Positions 1 through 8,739 are shown, counted from the stretch's first letter. The stretch: 29,327 nucleotides of DNA from Cyanobacteria bacterium J06626_4 (GCA_038523235.1 JBCBJQ010000071.1:1-29327); one strand, 5' to 3'. Notes: a model not told the origin generated them from the sequence alone. A program made the numbers and translations.

Positions 1-2
1 CC

Positions 3-98
3 ACGAAAAACACTACTTGCAATTGTGATTGTGGCAATGACAAGTGTTGTGAAGAAAAGACCTGTGAGTGCTGTAAGGAATCTTGCTGCTGCAAATAG
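3..98 (+). CDS. 3' part of a small Cys-rich metallothionein-like peptide (start lies upstream of the window)
   Basis: Frame +3 reads TKNTTCNCDCGNDKCCEEKTCECCKESCCCK*: 11 Cys in CxC, CC and CCC motifs, followed by hairpins. Not in the ORF track. Confidence 0.75.
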   Translation, partial: TKNTTCNCDCGNDKCCEEKTCECCKESCCCK

Positions 99-116
99 GT
101 TTTAGACCCTACAACC

Positions 117-145
117 ATTTACTGAGCATAAACTGCTCAGTAAAT
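117..145. terminator. Perfect 12-bp inverted repeat downstream of the Cys-rich peptide (terminator/stabilising hairpin or operator)
   Basis: ATTTACTGAGCA-taaac-TGCTCAGTAAAT. Confidence 0.5.
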
Positions 146-160
146 CACAAAACAAAACTC

Positions 161-200
161 GTTTTTTAAGGGGTAGCTTTACTCTACCCCTATTTTATTA
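161..200. terminator. Probable intrinsic terminator between convergent genes
   Basis: AGGGGTAG (169-176) / CTACCCCT (184-191) stem followed by ATTTTTATT. Confidence 0.6.
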
Positions 201-214
201 ATTTTATATTTGAA

Positions 215-550
215 TCAATCTTGATTATCAGTTGAGTCAAAAAAGAAAAATTCTGTTTGTTCCTCATCAATCGCCAGATGATTTTGGTGGTAATCAAGCA
301 ATTCTTGGGACGAAATTGGATGCTGGATTGGATCATTGAAGAATGCTTTTACCCGGAGGTAACGGCGTAGCCCAGCCGCGCTGGCATCTTCACAGGTTGC
401 TGCCAAAAAATCCTTTGGTAAGGTGTTACTGACCTTGAGCCAAGCCGCCAGCAGCACCCCTTCAATATCATCCGAAGGGGCTTGATCCATCAAGGATTCC
501 AGCCCTTCTAAAATTTCAATGATGGAAATGAGTTGAGCGTCATCAAGCAT
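215..550 (-). CDS. Acidic hypothetical protein, putatively Zur-regulated
   Basis: Open frame 215..574. ATG at 550 preferred because the longer start overlaps the Zur box. No family recognised. Confidence 0.6.
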   Translation of the reverse strand: MLDDAQLISIIEILEGLESLMDQAPSDDIEGVLLAAWLKVSNTLPKDFLAATCEDASAAGLRRYLRVKAFFNDPIQHPISSQELLDYHQNHLAIDEEQTEFFFFDSTDNQD

Positions 551-568
551 TATCTTAGCTTTGTGCAA

Positions 569-583
569 TGACAATGATTATCA
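569..583. promoter_or_regulatory. Zur-type box 1
   Basis: TGACAATGATTATCA, one mismatch to the 7-1-7 palindrome TGATAATNATTATCA, 18 bp upstream of the ATG at 550. Confidence 0.75.
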
Positions 584-634
584 TTACCGTATTCTTGCAT
601 GTCAATGGTCAGCGCTCTGACAACAGTCAGGATT

Positions 635-727
635 GACCTCGCTTTGACCACAACCGAGCCGGAACCAGTACCTGACGATTAAAAACACGCATGCAAGTCC
701 GGCTTCGTATGCAATGCATTGTCATAA
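635..727 (-). other. Degenerate attC-like imperfect palindrome
   Basis: CGAGCCGGA (655-663) pairs with TCCGGCTTCG (698-707) with one bulged base. Minus strand starts TATGAC-AATGCATTGCATACGAAGCCGG, attC-like but the AAC and GTT cores are decayed. Confidence 0.3.
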
Positions 728-829
728 TGCCTAGCGAATCAGTTGGTCCTTGGACTGCCGACCAACCGCCCCAGTAGCGGGGAAAAACTGCTCATCACCT
801 CACGGTATCCGGAGGGACGGATTATTGCC

Positions 830-1249
830 TCAACTCGCTGGCGGATTAGAGGATTGTTCATTGATCACAGTCTGCAACGCGCGAACCGACAGAAATAAAC
901 ATAAAACGTCCACGACAAAGAACCCGAAGAGTACCGGGAGCAACCCAGTCTGGCCTGAGTTGAACGCACCCACAATATCACCAAATTCTCGAATGCTGCA
1001 CCCGAGAAACGCCATTGTGTAAGCCTGAGGTGTACGTAGCCAAAGCGCAAATGCAGTGATCAATCCAAGAGCAAGGGTACGTCCCGCCCAGGCACCGGCA
1101 AGCATTTCAGCGTTTTCGATGAACCCTACTGCGGAAGCAGGATTGAGCAGTCCGGTTATACCCAGCAATATGCCTAGAATTGCGACCAATGCACCGAACA
1201 ATGCAACAAAAAATGGAATGCCATCAGGTTTTACGCTAGTGATTTTCAT
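830..1249 (-). CDS. Small membrane protein, about 4 TM helices, function unknown
   Basis: Four hydrophobic segments. ATG at 1249 (alternative TTG at 1267). No HIP1 octamer seen. Confidence 0.7.
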   Translation of the reverse strand: MKITSVKPDGIPFFVALFGALVAILGILLGITGLLNPASAVGFIENAEMLAGAWAGRTLALGLITAFALWLRTPQAYTMAFLGCSIREFGDIVGAFNSGQTGLLPVLFGFFVVDVLCLFLSVRALQTVINEQSSNPPAS

Positions 1250-1551
1250 TGCAGAAATCTTTTTCAAACTGTGAAATAAAAGGCGAGGAGTTTAGTCCTC
1301 AAAAAATCATCTACACCTACGTCCATCGGACATGAATCACCCCGGTTTTGAGTTTGTTCCGAGAAGAAGAATCTGATTGTTTTTAGTTTACGATCGTCGG
1401 GAATAGACTGCTGCAAGCGAAGTGAACAGTACGCTGGATTCATCCGCCAATGAGGTTCGCGAACCGATGGTGAATTCCGGCACTGCACACGCCACACATG
1501 ATAACTATCTATTAAAACGTCAGCTCTGACAAAGTAAGACCTATGTTTTTG

Positions 1552-1778
1552 CAGGGCAAACGCATACTAAATGGGAACTCTCAAGCCATTGACTGATCAA
1601 GCTTTGAGACTCTGTTGCTTGACCACCCAGGATTTGGGCAGCGCCTAGGAAGAACGAGTTTGTTAGCTTACAGCGACCACTTATTGAGAATTCGGTCAAT
1701 AGACGATTCCGATCAAAACGCTGAAAACCTTTTCAGAAAGAGGGTTAAGGCTCTTTGAAAGAGTATGCGTTTGCCCTG
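1552..1778. mobile_element. MITE, 227 bp, with 17-bp terminal inverted repeats and a 10-bp target-site duplication
   Basis: TIRs CAGGGCAAACGCATACT (1552-1568) and AGTATGCGTTTGCCCTG (1762-1778). Direct repeat TATGTTTTTG at 1542-1551 and 1779-1788. No transposase ORF. Confidence 0.9.
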
Positions 1779-2104
1779 TATGTTTTTGGGGCTTATCCGT
1801 CACTTTTGCCCGATAAACACCCCTGTAGCAGTTATACAGCATCCATCACGGTCCACTTAGGCCATCACGTTCGTTCAGTCAATAAGAGGAAACAGATGCC
1901 AGGTAGGCACTGCCTACTGCCACTGTCTGTCCTGCTCAAAGCCTTTCCCTTTAATCGTTTCAGCCATCTACAGCTTTCCCCTACTAACGTTAGCAGCCGC
2001 ATAGGCCCCAGACATGAACTCGCGCTGAGTGCTCTGGCTAGAGAGGGCTGATGCCATTGGTCTGCCTGCGTAACCGTGACCCAACAGATCCTAGACTGAA
2101 ATTG

Positions 2105-2119
2105 TGATAATGATTATCA
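2105..2119. promoter_or_regulatory. Zur-type box 2
   Basis: Perfect palindrome TGATAATGATTATCA, 32 bp upstream of the GTG at 2152. Confidence 0.85.
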
Positions 2120-2151
2120 TTCTAATAGTCTCGTCATCCGGATAAACCAGC

Positions 2152-3276
2152 GTGAGTCAACCCCAAACGAATCAGTCCTATGACGTTGTGATTGTCGGTG
2201 CTGGAGCGGCAGGCATCGGCTGTGGCGTCGTTCTCAAAGAACTGGGTCTAGAGCACTTTAAGATTTTAGACCGACACCAGGTTGGCGCTTCCTTTAGCCG
2301 CTGGCCTGAGGAGATGAACTTCATCACGCCGTCGTTTCCCAGTCACGGTTTTGGCCTGCTCGACCTAAATGCAGTGACCTTGAAGACCTCGCCCGCGATC
2401 GCCTTTCGGCGCGAGCACGTCAGCGGCAAGCAGTACGCGCTGTACTTGCAGACCGTTGCCGATCACTTTGAGTTACCGATTCAGACTGAGGTTGACGTCA
2501 AGGCCGTGGAGCCGTTGTCCCAGGGGGGCTTCAATCTGCAGACGACTGCCGGCGACCTCCGCACTCAATTTGTCATTTGGGCCGCCGGCGAGTATCAATA
2601 TCCCCATCTCAATGCTTTTCCCGGCGCAGAGCACTGTCTCCACAACTCTCGAATTCGGTCGTGGACAGATCTAGAAGGCGACGAATTCCTCATCATTGGC
2701 GGCTACGAAAGCGGCATGGATGCGGCGGCCAATTTGGTCGCGCTAGGGAAGAAAGTCGGTGTGCTCGATCGCACGGGAGCCTGGGCCGATCCAGACACGG
2801 ATCCCAGCGTTTCCCTATCGCCCTACACCTTGCAGCGCCTGGAATTTGTCTATCGCACTGGACGTCTGGACATGGTCAGTGACGCCTCCATCGAAGCAGT
2901 CGAACCGATCCCTGGTGGCTACGCGATCCACAGCGAATACCAAAAGTGGATGACGGCGCATCCGCCGATCCTCTGCACCGGTTTCGACACCAGTTTGAAA
3001 CAGATTGCGCCCCTATTCGATTGGTCCGAGGGCTATGCCGCGCTCACGGAAAATGACGAATCTACCCTCACCCCAGGTCTCTTTGTCAGTGGACCTTCCG
3101 TGCGCCATGGCAACCTGATTTTTTGCTTCATCTACAAATTCCGCCAGCGCTTTGCCGTCATCGCCAATGCGATCGCCTATCGCCTCGGCCTCGATCCCAC
3201 CCCCCTCGAAGCGTACCGCCAGGCCGGACTCTTCCTTGACGACCTCTCCTGCTGCGACAACGACTGTGTTTGTTAG
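2152..3276 (+). CDS. NAD(P)/FAD-dependent oxidoreductase with Cys-rich C-terminal tail
   Basis: FAD motif VIVGAGAAG, second dinucleotide motif IIGGYESG, PGLFVSG motif, CFIYKFRQRF, C-terminus LSCCDNDCVC. Confidence 0.9.
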   Translation: MSQPQTNQSYDVVIVGAGAAGIGCGVVLKELGLEHFKILDRHQVGASFSRWPEEMNFITPSFPSHGFGLLDLNAVTLKTSPAIAFRREHVSGKQYALYLQTVADHFELPIQTEVDVKAVEPLSQGGFNLQTTAGDLRTQFVIWAAGEYQYPHLNAFPGAEHCLHNSRIRSWTDLEGDEFLIIGGYESGMDAAANLVALGKKVGVLDRTGAWADPDTDPSVSLSPYTLQRLEFVYRTGRLDMVSDASIEAVEPIPGGYAIHSEYQKWMTAHPPILCTGFDTSLKQIAPLFDWSEGYAALTENDESTLTPGLFVSGPSVRHGNLIFCFIYKFRQRFAVIANAIAYRLGLDPTPLEAYRQAGLFLDDLSCCDNDCVC

Positions 3277-3291
3277 TTGGAAGTCAGGTAT

Positions 3292-3460
3292 TAGGGAATA
3301 GGGAACAGGGAATAGGTGTTAGGTCTCAGTGCTAGGTGTCAGATGAAATCCAGAACCCAGAACTCAGAACCTCATAACCAATACCCATCCACCCAAGCCC
3401 TCCGGGCAGGCTTCGCCAACACACTCTCCTACCCATCCACTCCCCACTCCCCCCATCTCC
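3292..3460. repeat. Intergenic heptamer tandem repeats (STRR-like) plus a short dispersed-repeat-like segment
   Basis: TAGGGAA/CAGGGAA x3 (3292-3312), CAGAACC-like x3 (3351-3371), CCATCCA/CCCCACT units, CAAGCCCTCCGGGCAGGCTTCGCCAAC (3394-3420). Confidence 0.7.
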
Positions 3461-3465
3461 TCACC

Positions 3466-5103
3466 ATGCCCACCGCCCCACCCATCCAACGCACCACCAT
3501 CATTGTCGGCAAAGAAAGCACTGGTAAATCTGAACTGGCCGCAGCACTTACAGGGCGATCGCCCACCAGCACTAACATTCAGGGCTCAACGATCGCCTGC
3601 GAGACCTATCAGACCCGAGACGATGCCTTGATCGACACGCCCGGCATTCTCTTTCGCTCTGACACCGCCACCACCCGCACGGCTCTAGCGCAACTCCAGG
3701 CCCATGACCAGATTTTGTTAGTCGTTAAAGCCACCCACATGGATGATGACCTGGCGGATTTGCTGCCGCTAGTGGCTGGGAAACAAGGGGTGGTGGTCGT
3801 CACCTTCTGGGATAAGGTATTGCCGTCTGCCTTCACTCAGGAAGTTTTGGGCCGTTGGGAGCAAGCCGCCCAGGTGAGGTTTATGCCTGTGGATGCCCGC
3901 CATTTAAGCTCGGATCAGCGCCAGCAGATTTTAGCGGCGTTGCAGACTCCAGCCACCTTTTCCCCACAATGGCACCCGATTCCAATAGGCTGGCGGATCG
4001 AGCCCGCGCCTACCTGGTTAGAGCATCCCCGCTGGGGTGGATTGCTGGCCATACTCTTGCTGCTGTTGCCTGCGGTCATTGCCGTTGGGGTCGCCAATGG
4101 CGTTGCGGGGGTGCTGGATCCCCTTGTTCAAGCCGGATTAACCCCTCTGATCACGGCCCTGTCTCAGGTTCCAACACTACTGCGAGAGATTTTGATTGGC
4201 CGCTATGGCTTAGTGACGATGGGGCCGCTGCTATTTGTCTGGGCGGTACCGACAGTGATGCTGTATGCCCTGTTTTTAGGCGCATACAAAGCCAGCGGGT
4301 TAGTAGAACGCATTACCGTGGCGCTGCATCCACTGCTGAGGCCGTTTGGCCTATCCGGGCGCGATTTGGTGCGCGTGATTATGGGGTTTGGCTGCAATGT
4401 GCCTGCCGTGATCAGCACTCGCGCCTGTTCCAGTTGTTCCCGACAGACCTGTGTGAGTGCGATCGCCTTTGGCTCCGCCTGTTCCTACCAATTTGGAGCC
4501 ACTCTGGGGGTCTTCAGCGCCGCTAATTTGCCCGGTTTAGTCGTGCCCTACCTGGGTTACTTAACTCTGACCACCCTGATTTACACCCGCCTGATTGCGC
4601 CCAAAGCCGCCCGTTCCCCCCACAATGCCCTCATGATTGAACGGCGCACGTTTTTGGAAATGCCCCGCTGGTCTGCGATCTGGCGCGAAACCCAGGGTAC
4701 CCTCCACCAGTTTTTTACCAACGCGATTCCCATCTTTGTGGTGATTACGGTGATCGCTTCGGTGTTGGACTGGCTCGGTCTAATCACTGCTGCAGCCGGA
4801 TGGATTAATCCCCTGATGGGGCTGTTTGGTCTGCCCCCAGAAGCCGCTCTGCCCGTCATTTTGGCCTCGATTCGCAAAGACGGACTGCTGCTGTTTGCCG
4901 AACCAGACACCCTGGCGGTACTCACCCCATTGCAAATTTTAACCGGGGTGTACCTGGCTGGGGTATTGCTGCCCTGCCTGGTCACCGTACTCACTATCGC
5001 CCGCGAACAATCGGTGCGGTTTGCGATGGGGTTGATGGCTCGGCAGGCGATCGCCGCAACTGCGTTTGCAATGCTGTTGGCCTGGGTAGGCGGCTGGCTA
5101 TAG
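3466..5103 (+). CDS. FeoB-like GTPase-coupled metal transporter (short, atypical)
   Basis: G1 GKESTGKS, G3 DTPG, TFWD where NxxD is expected, gate motif GFGCNVPA, RACSSC and GSACSYQ, several TM helices. ATG at 3466 chosen because the upstream extension translates repeats. Confidence 0.85.
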   Translation: MPTAPPIQRTTIIVGKESTGKSELAAALTGRSPTSTNIQGSTIACETYQTRDDALIDTPGILFRSDTATTRTALAQLQAHDQILLVVKATHMDDDLADLLPLVAGKQGVVVVTFWDKVLPSAFTQEVLGRWEQAAQVRFMPVDARHLSSDQRQQILAALQTPATFSPQWHPIPIGWRIEPAPTWLEHPRWGGLLAILLLLLPAVIAVGVANGVAGVLDPLVQAGLTPLITALSQVPTLLREILIGRYGLVTMGPLLFVWAVPTVMLYALFLGAYKASGLVERITVALHPLLRPFGLSGRDLVRVIMGFGCNVPAVISTRACSSCSRQTCVSAIAFGSACSYQFGATLGVFSAANLPGLVVPYLGYLTLTTLIYTRLIAPKAARSPHNALMIERRTFLEMPRWSAIWRETQGTLHQFFTNAIPIFVVITVIASVLDWLGLITAAAGWINPLMGLFGLPPEAALPVILASIRKDGLLLFAEPDTLAVLTPLQILTGVYLAGVLLPCLVTVLTIAREQSVRFAMGLMARQAIAATAFAMLLAWVGGWL

Positions 5104-5242
5104 CTTGCGAAGAATACACTCCTTAGCTGATAGAGTGCTCAGTTAGATGGAAGCAGTGGATATTGCCACAGTGCCCCCATCTAACTTTGTTACCTTGTGG
5201 CCAAGATAACTGAACTGATTCTGGAGTGTCTAAGTTCGGGGG

Positions 5243-6208
5243 TTACCGCCTTTTCCACCCGCCCAAGAAGCCAACGCTGAGAAGACCCAGCAGAACACCC
5301 GGTTCAGGTACAGCAGCAGGTGAGGCTCCAAATCCAAAGAAAATAACGCCGGGGTTAGTTCCCACTAAATCCCAAGAACCATCGCTCAGGTCGTAGCGAG
5401 CGATCCCACCCAGACGCTGAACGGGCGTCGCCGGATCGTTGTCATCATCAATAAAGTTGACATTGCCAAAGAGCGCATCAAATTGGCCATCGGCGTCACT
5501 GTCAACCCCTGTCAACGCGGCAAAACCGCTAAATATGCTGCGATCACCTGTGGTTACAGCGCCCACCTCACCGACAACAGCAGCGTCTCCGGTCTCTGGC
5601 TCAAACTGAATTAAGGACTCAGTATCGAGGTCGATACCATAGAGGCTATTGTCGACCGACCCCAGACTAATCACAAAAGGGCTAGCTGTACCCAACTGGG
5701 TGCCGCGGGCCTTGTCAACCGCATCGCCAACCGCCTGAGATGAGCCCAGCGGCATGGCTGCTCCTGTGGTTAGGTCAACTTGATGGAGTTGTTGAGTATT
5801 GAAACTCTCGTCAAAAGGCACAATAAATCCTCTGCCATCCTCCAGAATGTCAAAACTGGTGGCACCTAGGTCAGTGGGTTCACTGATGGGGGTTTGGGTG
5901 GCAGAGTCTCGATCAATTTCCACCAGTTGGCCGCTAAATTGATAGCCTAACAGTCGCTGATCAGCTGTCCCCGCTAAGGCTGACGGCAATCCACTGGTCT
6001 CAGGTGAAACGGGGGTGGCAATGCCGGTTGTTGAATCAACTGCAAACAAAAAGTTTTCACGGATATCATCGTGAACGCCTGGCACAGCCTGGGTCAGACG
6101 CTGCCCTGTGGCATAGAAGATAGCGGCTTCAGCTGAGGGTGCTAACAGCAATGTCCCTACTAGGGGAGCGGACGTCCAGCTAGCGATTCGGAAAAAAGAT
6201 TTAGTCAT
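5243..6208 (-). CDS. Secreted PEP-CTERM protein, beta-propeller-like (DUF4394-like repeats possible)
   Basis: Signal peptide ending SAEA, repeated xDxxTGxAT motifs, C-terminal VPEP + TM + KRR. Alternative GTG at 6232. Confidence 0.85.
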   Translation of the reverse strand: MTKSFFRIASWTSAPLVGTLLLAPSAEAAIFYATGQRLTQAVPGVHDDIRENFLFAVDSTTGIATPVSPETSGLPSALAGTADQRLLGYQFSGQLVEIDRDSATQTPISEPTDLGATSFDILEDGRGFIVPFDESFNTQQLHQVDLTTGAAMPLGSSQAVGDAVDKARGTQLGTASPFVISLGSVDNSLYGIDLDTESLIQFEPETGDAAVVGEVGAVTTGDRSIFSGFAALTGVDSDADGQFDALFGNVNFIDDDNDPATPVQRLGGIARYDLSDGSWDLVGTNPGVIFFGFGASPAAVPEPGVLLGLLSVGFLGGWKRR

Positions 6209-6244
6209 GGAAGTCTCGGATAGTTTTTTCACCGTTATCAGGTC

Positions 6245-6994
6245 TTAGTGAGTTGCTGGTGCGGTGCGGCGTAAACGTAGAGCCAACAGCGCGATCGCAC
6301 CCAGTCCGACTAATGCACCTGGTTCAGGCACTTTAGTGGCAACCATTCTTTGACCGAGCTGATCGCCTGCTCCCGGATCATCCAAAAGCTGTGCCCGCGT
6401 ACGGGTAAAGAAAGCCACATCAAGATGGGGGCCAAACCCGATCGGCAGGTCAGGAAACTCATCGCCAAAATCAGTTAGGTGAACATGGGGAATGGGTTCT
6501 CCATCTTCAGTCAGCGGAGCCGCCGACCAAAAATTTAGCCCCGTTGCGCCAATGGGTTCCCCCGCGTCATCGAACAGAACCGTATATTCGCCAATATCAA
6601 TCCCATTCGGCTCACTGAAAGAGCCATCTTGCAAAATTTCACGCGTTTGGGTGTCGAAATTAAAGTTGAACCCGGCATAGGTGAGGTGGTTATCCTCAAA
6701 TTCTTGAATCAGATTGCCTTGCGGATCAAAGAAGGCAATGTCAAAAGCGTCTAAATCATCACCTCGCACAATCCCGTTTTCATAGGTTTGGGCATCGTCA
6801 TAGCTAAATTGCCCTTCAGCGCTGTAACCCAGAATTTGCCCCGTCCATGAAAGGCGAAAGGTAGCCGCCTGAGCTGGAGCCAGGGTGCCTAGACTCAGAG
6901 CCGTACCGACTGCGATGGCGGAGCCGGTCCGGAGGACCATCGTAACCCCCTGTTTGGGGGCGATCGCAATGATTGACTTGCCAAAACTGCGCAT
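6245..6994 (-). CDS. Secreted PEP-CTERM protein, acidic, with PHVH and PHLD motifs
   Basis: Signal ending PAQA, C-terminal VPEP + TM + RLRR. ATG at 6994 lies 25 bp downstream of the Zur box. Confidence 0.85.
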   Translation of the reverse strand: MRSFGKSIIAIAPKQGVTMVLRTGSAIAVGTALSLGTLAPAQAATFRLSWTGQILGYSAEGQFSYDDAQTYENGIVRGDDLDAFDIAFFDPQGNLIQEFEDNHLTYAGFNFNFDTQTREILQDGSFSEPNGIDIGEYTVLFDDAGEPIGATGLNFWSAAPLTEDGEPIPHVHLTDFGDEFPDLPIGFGPHLDVAFFTRTRAQLLDDPGAGDQLGQRMVATKVPEPGALVGLGAIALLALRLRRTAPATH

Positions 6995-7019
6995 AGAGAA
7001 AACCTCTACATAAATAGAA

Positions 7020-7034
7020 TGATAATCATTCTCA
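7020..7034. promoter_or_regulatory. Zur-type box 3 in the divergent PEP-CTERM / hisI region
   Basis: TGATAATCATTCTCA. The 19-mer TAGAATGATAATCATTCTC (7015-7033) is identical to 22754-22772. Confidence 0.85.
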
Positions 7035-7190
7035 CAATATGCGATATATACTGAGACCAATATGAACTCTCGGTAAAGTTGGTGTCGCAAATTTAAAGCA
7101 AACCGAGAAAGCGGTTGCCGCAGTTCCTGAATCAACTACTAACCAACGCTCTCAGGCGCAACTGAGGCGACCTAATTTGCTCTAGACCAG

Positions 7191-7205
7191 CGATTGTCAT
7201 TGTTA
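7191..7205. promoter_or_regulatory. Possible weak Zur-like site just upstream of hisI
   Basis: CGATTGTCATTGTTA, about 10/15 match to consensus, 11 bp before the ATG. Confidence 0.25.
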
Positions 7206-7216
7206 TTTTCTGTTCT

Positions 7217-7702
7217 ATGTCATCACCCTTTGCTGCCCGTACCTCCGTTGAAGCTGTCGAAGAAGGGATGCTCTTGGCACCTAAGTTTGACGCTAATGGG
7301 CTCATTCCGGTTATCACCACCGATGCTGCAACCGGCGAGGTGTTGATGCACGCCTACATGAATGAAGCCGCATTACTGAAAACCCTGGAAACGGGTGAAG
7401 CCCATTACTACAGCCGCAGTCGTCAGCAGCTCTGGCACAAGGGAGCCACCAGTGGGTTAGTGCAGACCGTACAACAATTGCTGATTGATGATGACCAGGA
7501 TTGCCTATGGATGAAAGTCAAAGTGGCTGGGTCAGGAGCCAGTTGCCATGTCGGCTATCGCTCTTGCTTCTACCGTCAGATTTCTCCTGGCGAGGGCCAG
7601 GTTGAAGCTGCTCAGCCGATTGTGCTGGCGCTGACGGAAACGGGCAAGACGTTTGACCCCGTCGCCGTCTATGGGGATGCGCCGAATCCGACTCAACTTT
7701 GA
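7217..7702 (+). CDS. hisI: Phosphoribosyl-AMP cyclohydrolase, variant lacking the DCD cysteine
   Basis: [47 protein letters not shown] replaces DCDxD. Confidence 0.93.
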   Translation: MSSPFAARTSVEAVEEGMLLAPKFDANGLIPVITTDAATGEVLMHAYMNEAALLKTLETGEAHYYSRSRQQLWHKGATSGLVQTVQQLLIDDDQDCLWMKVKVAGSGASCHVGYRSCFYRQISPGEGQVEAAQPIVLALTETGKTFDPVAVYGDAPNPTQL

Positions 7703-7717
7703 ACCAAGGAAGGTACC

Positions 7718-8668
7718 ATGCCGCTCCGTCATCAACCGGCCCCACCCACACCCTGGGACCATGACCAAGATCAGCCTAGAATTGCCGCTTCTGCTTATGT
7801 TCATCCCCAGTGCAGCCTGATTGGGGATGTGCAGCTGGGCGACAATGTGATTGTCGCCCCCAATACCTCCATTCGAGCGGACGAAGGGACTCCCTTTTAC
7901 ATTGGGGCAAATACCAACATTCAAGATGGGGTGGTCATTCATGGGTTAGAGCAGGGGCGCGTCTTGGGCGATGACCAGCAAGCCTACTCAGTGTGGATTG
8001 GCGAAGGCACCTGCATTACCCACATGGCATTAATTCATGGCCCGGCTTACGTCGGGAATGAGTGTTTTATTGGCTTTCGCTCCACAGTATTTAATGCCCA
8101 AGTGGGTCACGGGTGCATTGTGATGATGCATGCCCTGATTCAGGATGTGGAGATTCCCCCCGGTAAGTATGTGCCCTCAGGGATGGTGATTACGACCCAA
8201 CAGGCCGCCGATCGCCTACCGGATGCTAACGAGAGCGATCGCACTTTCTCTCACCATGTGGTCGAAATCAATCAGGCCCTGCGGGCGGGGTATCGCTGCG
8301 CCAACGATATCGCCTGCGCTACTGCTTTGCAGAATCCGGCCACCACTAATGGTTCCAACGGTAATGGGGCTCAATCGATGCCTCAAAATGGCCAAGTGGC
8401 CCACCCTTTGAGCGCAGACATCGTGGACGTGATCCGACAACAACTCCACTTAGGACACCGCATTGGCCTGGAATTTGCTGATGCGCGGCGCTTTAAGGTG
8501 GGTTCTTGGCAGAGCGGTCCGGCGATCGCGAGCAGCCATGAGGCCCAGGTACTCACCCAGGTGGAACAGTTCTTGGCGGATCATCCCGGCGACTATGTGC
8601 GATTGCTAGGCATTGATTCCAAAGCAAAACAGCGTCAGTTGGAGCGAATGATTCAGAAGCCAGAGTGA
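7718..8668 (+). CDS. ccmM: Short CcmM paralogue: gamma-carbonic anhydrase domain + single RbcS-like (SSUL) domain
   Basis: APPTPW N-terminus, [34 protein letters not shown], one C-terminal [11 protein letters not shown]...YVRLLGID...IQKP repeat. RBS AAGGAAGG, 15 bp after the hisI stop. Confidence 0.88.
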   Translation: MPLRHQPAPPTPWDHDQDQPRIAASAYVHPQCSLIGDVQLGDNVIVAPNTSIRADEGTPFYIGANTNIQDGVVIHGLEQGRVLGDDQQAYSVWIGEGTCITHMALIHGPAYVGNECFIGFRSTVFNAQVGHGCIVMMHALIQDVEIPPGKYVPSGMVITTQQAADRLPDANESDRTFSHHVVEINQALRAGYRCANDIACATALQNPATTNGSNGNGAQSMPQNGQVAHPLSADIVDVIRQQLHLGHRIGLEFADARRFKVGSWQSGPAIASSHEAQVLTQVEQFLADHPGDYVRLLGIDSKAKQRQLERMIQKPE

Positions 8669-8739
8669 GCCTGAAAAATTAAATCCGGTGCCGCAGTCTG
8701 GGCTCTTTACGAGTGCTACTTTCCCGCTGAGGTGAAACG

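Noticed and set aside
3316..3465. N-terminal extensions in the ORF track (also 6995-7135, 16588-16623, 22736-22768)
   Set aside because: They translate repeats or run through the Zur boxes; downstream ATGs fit better.
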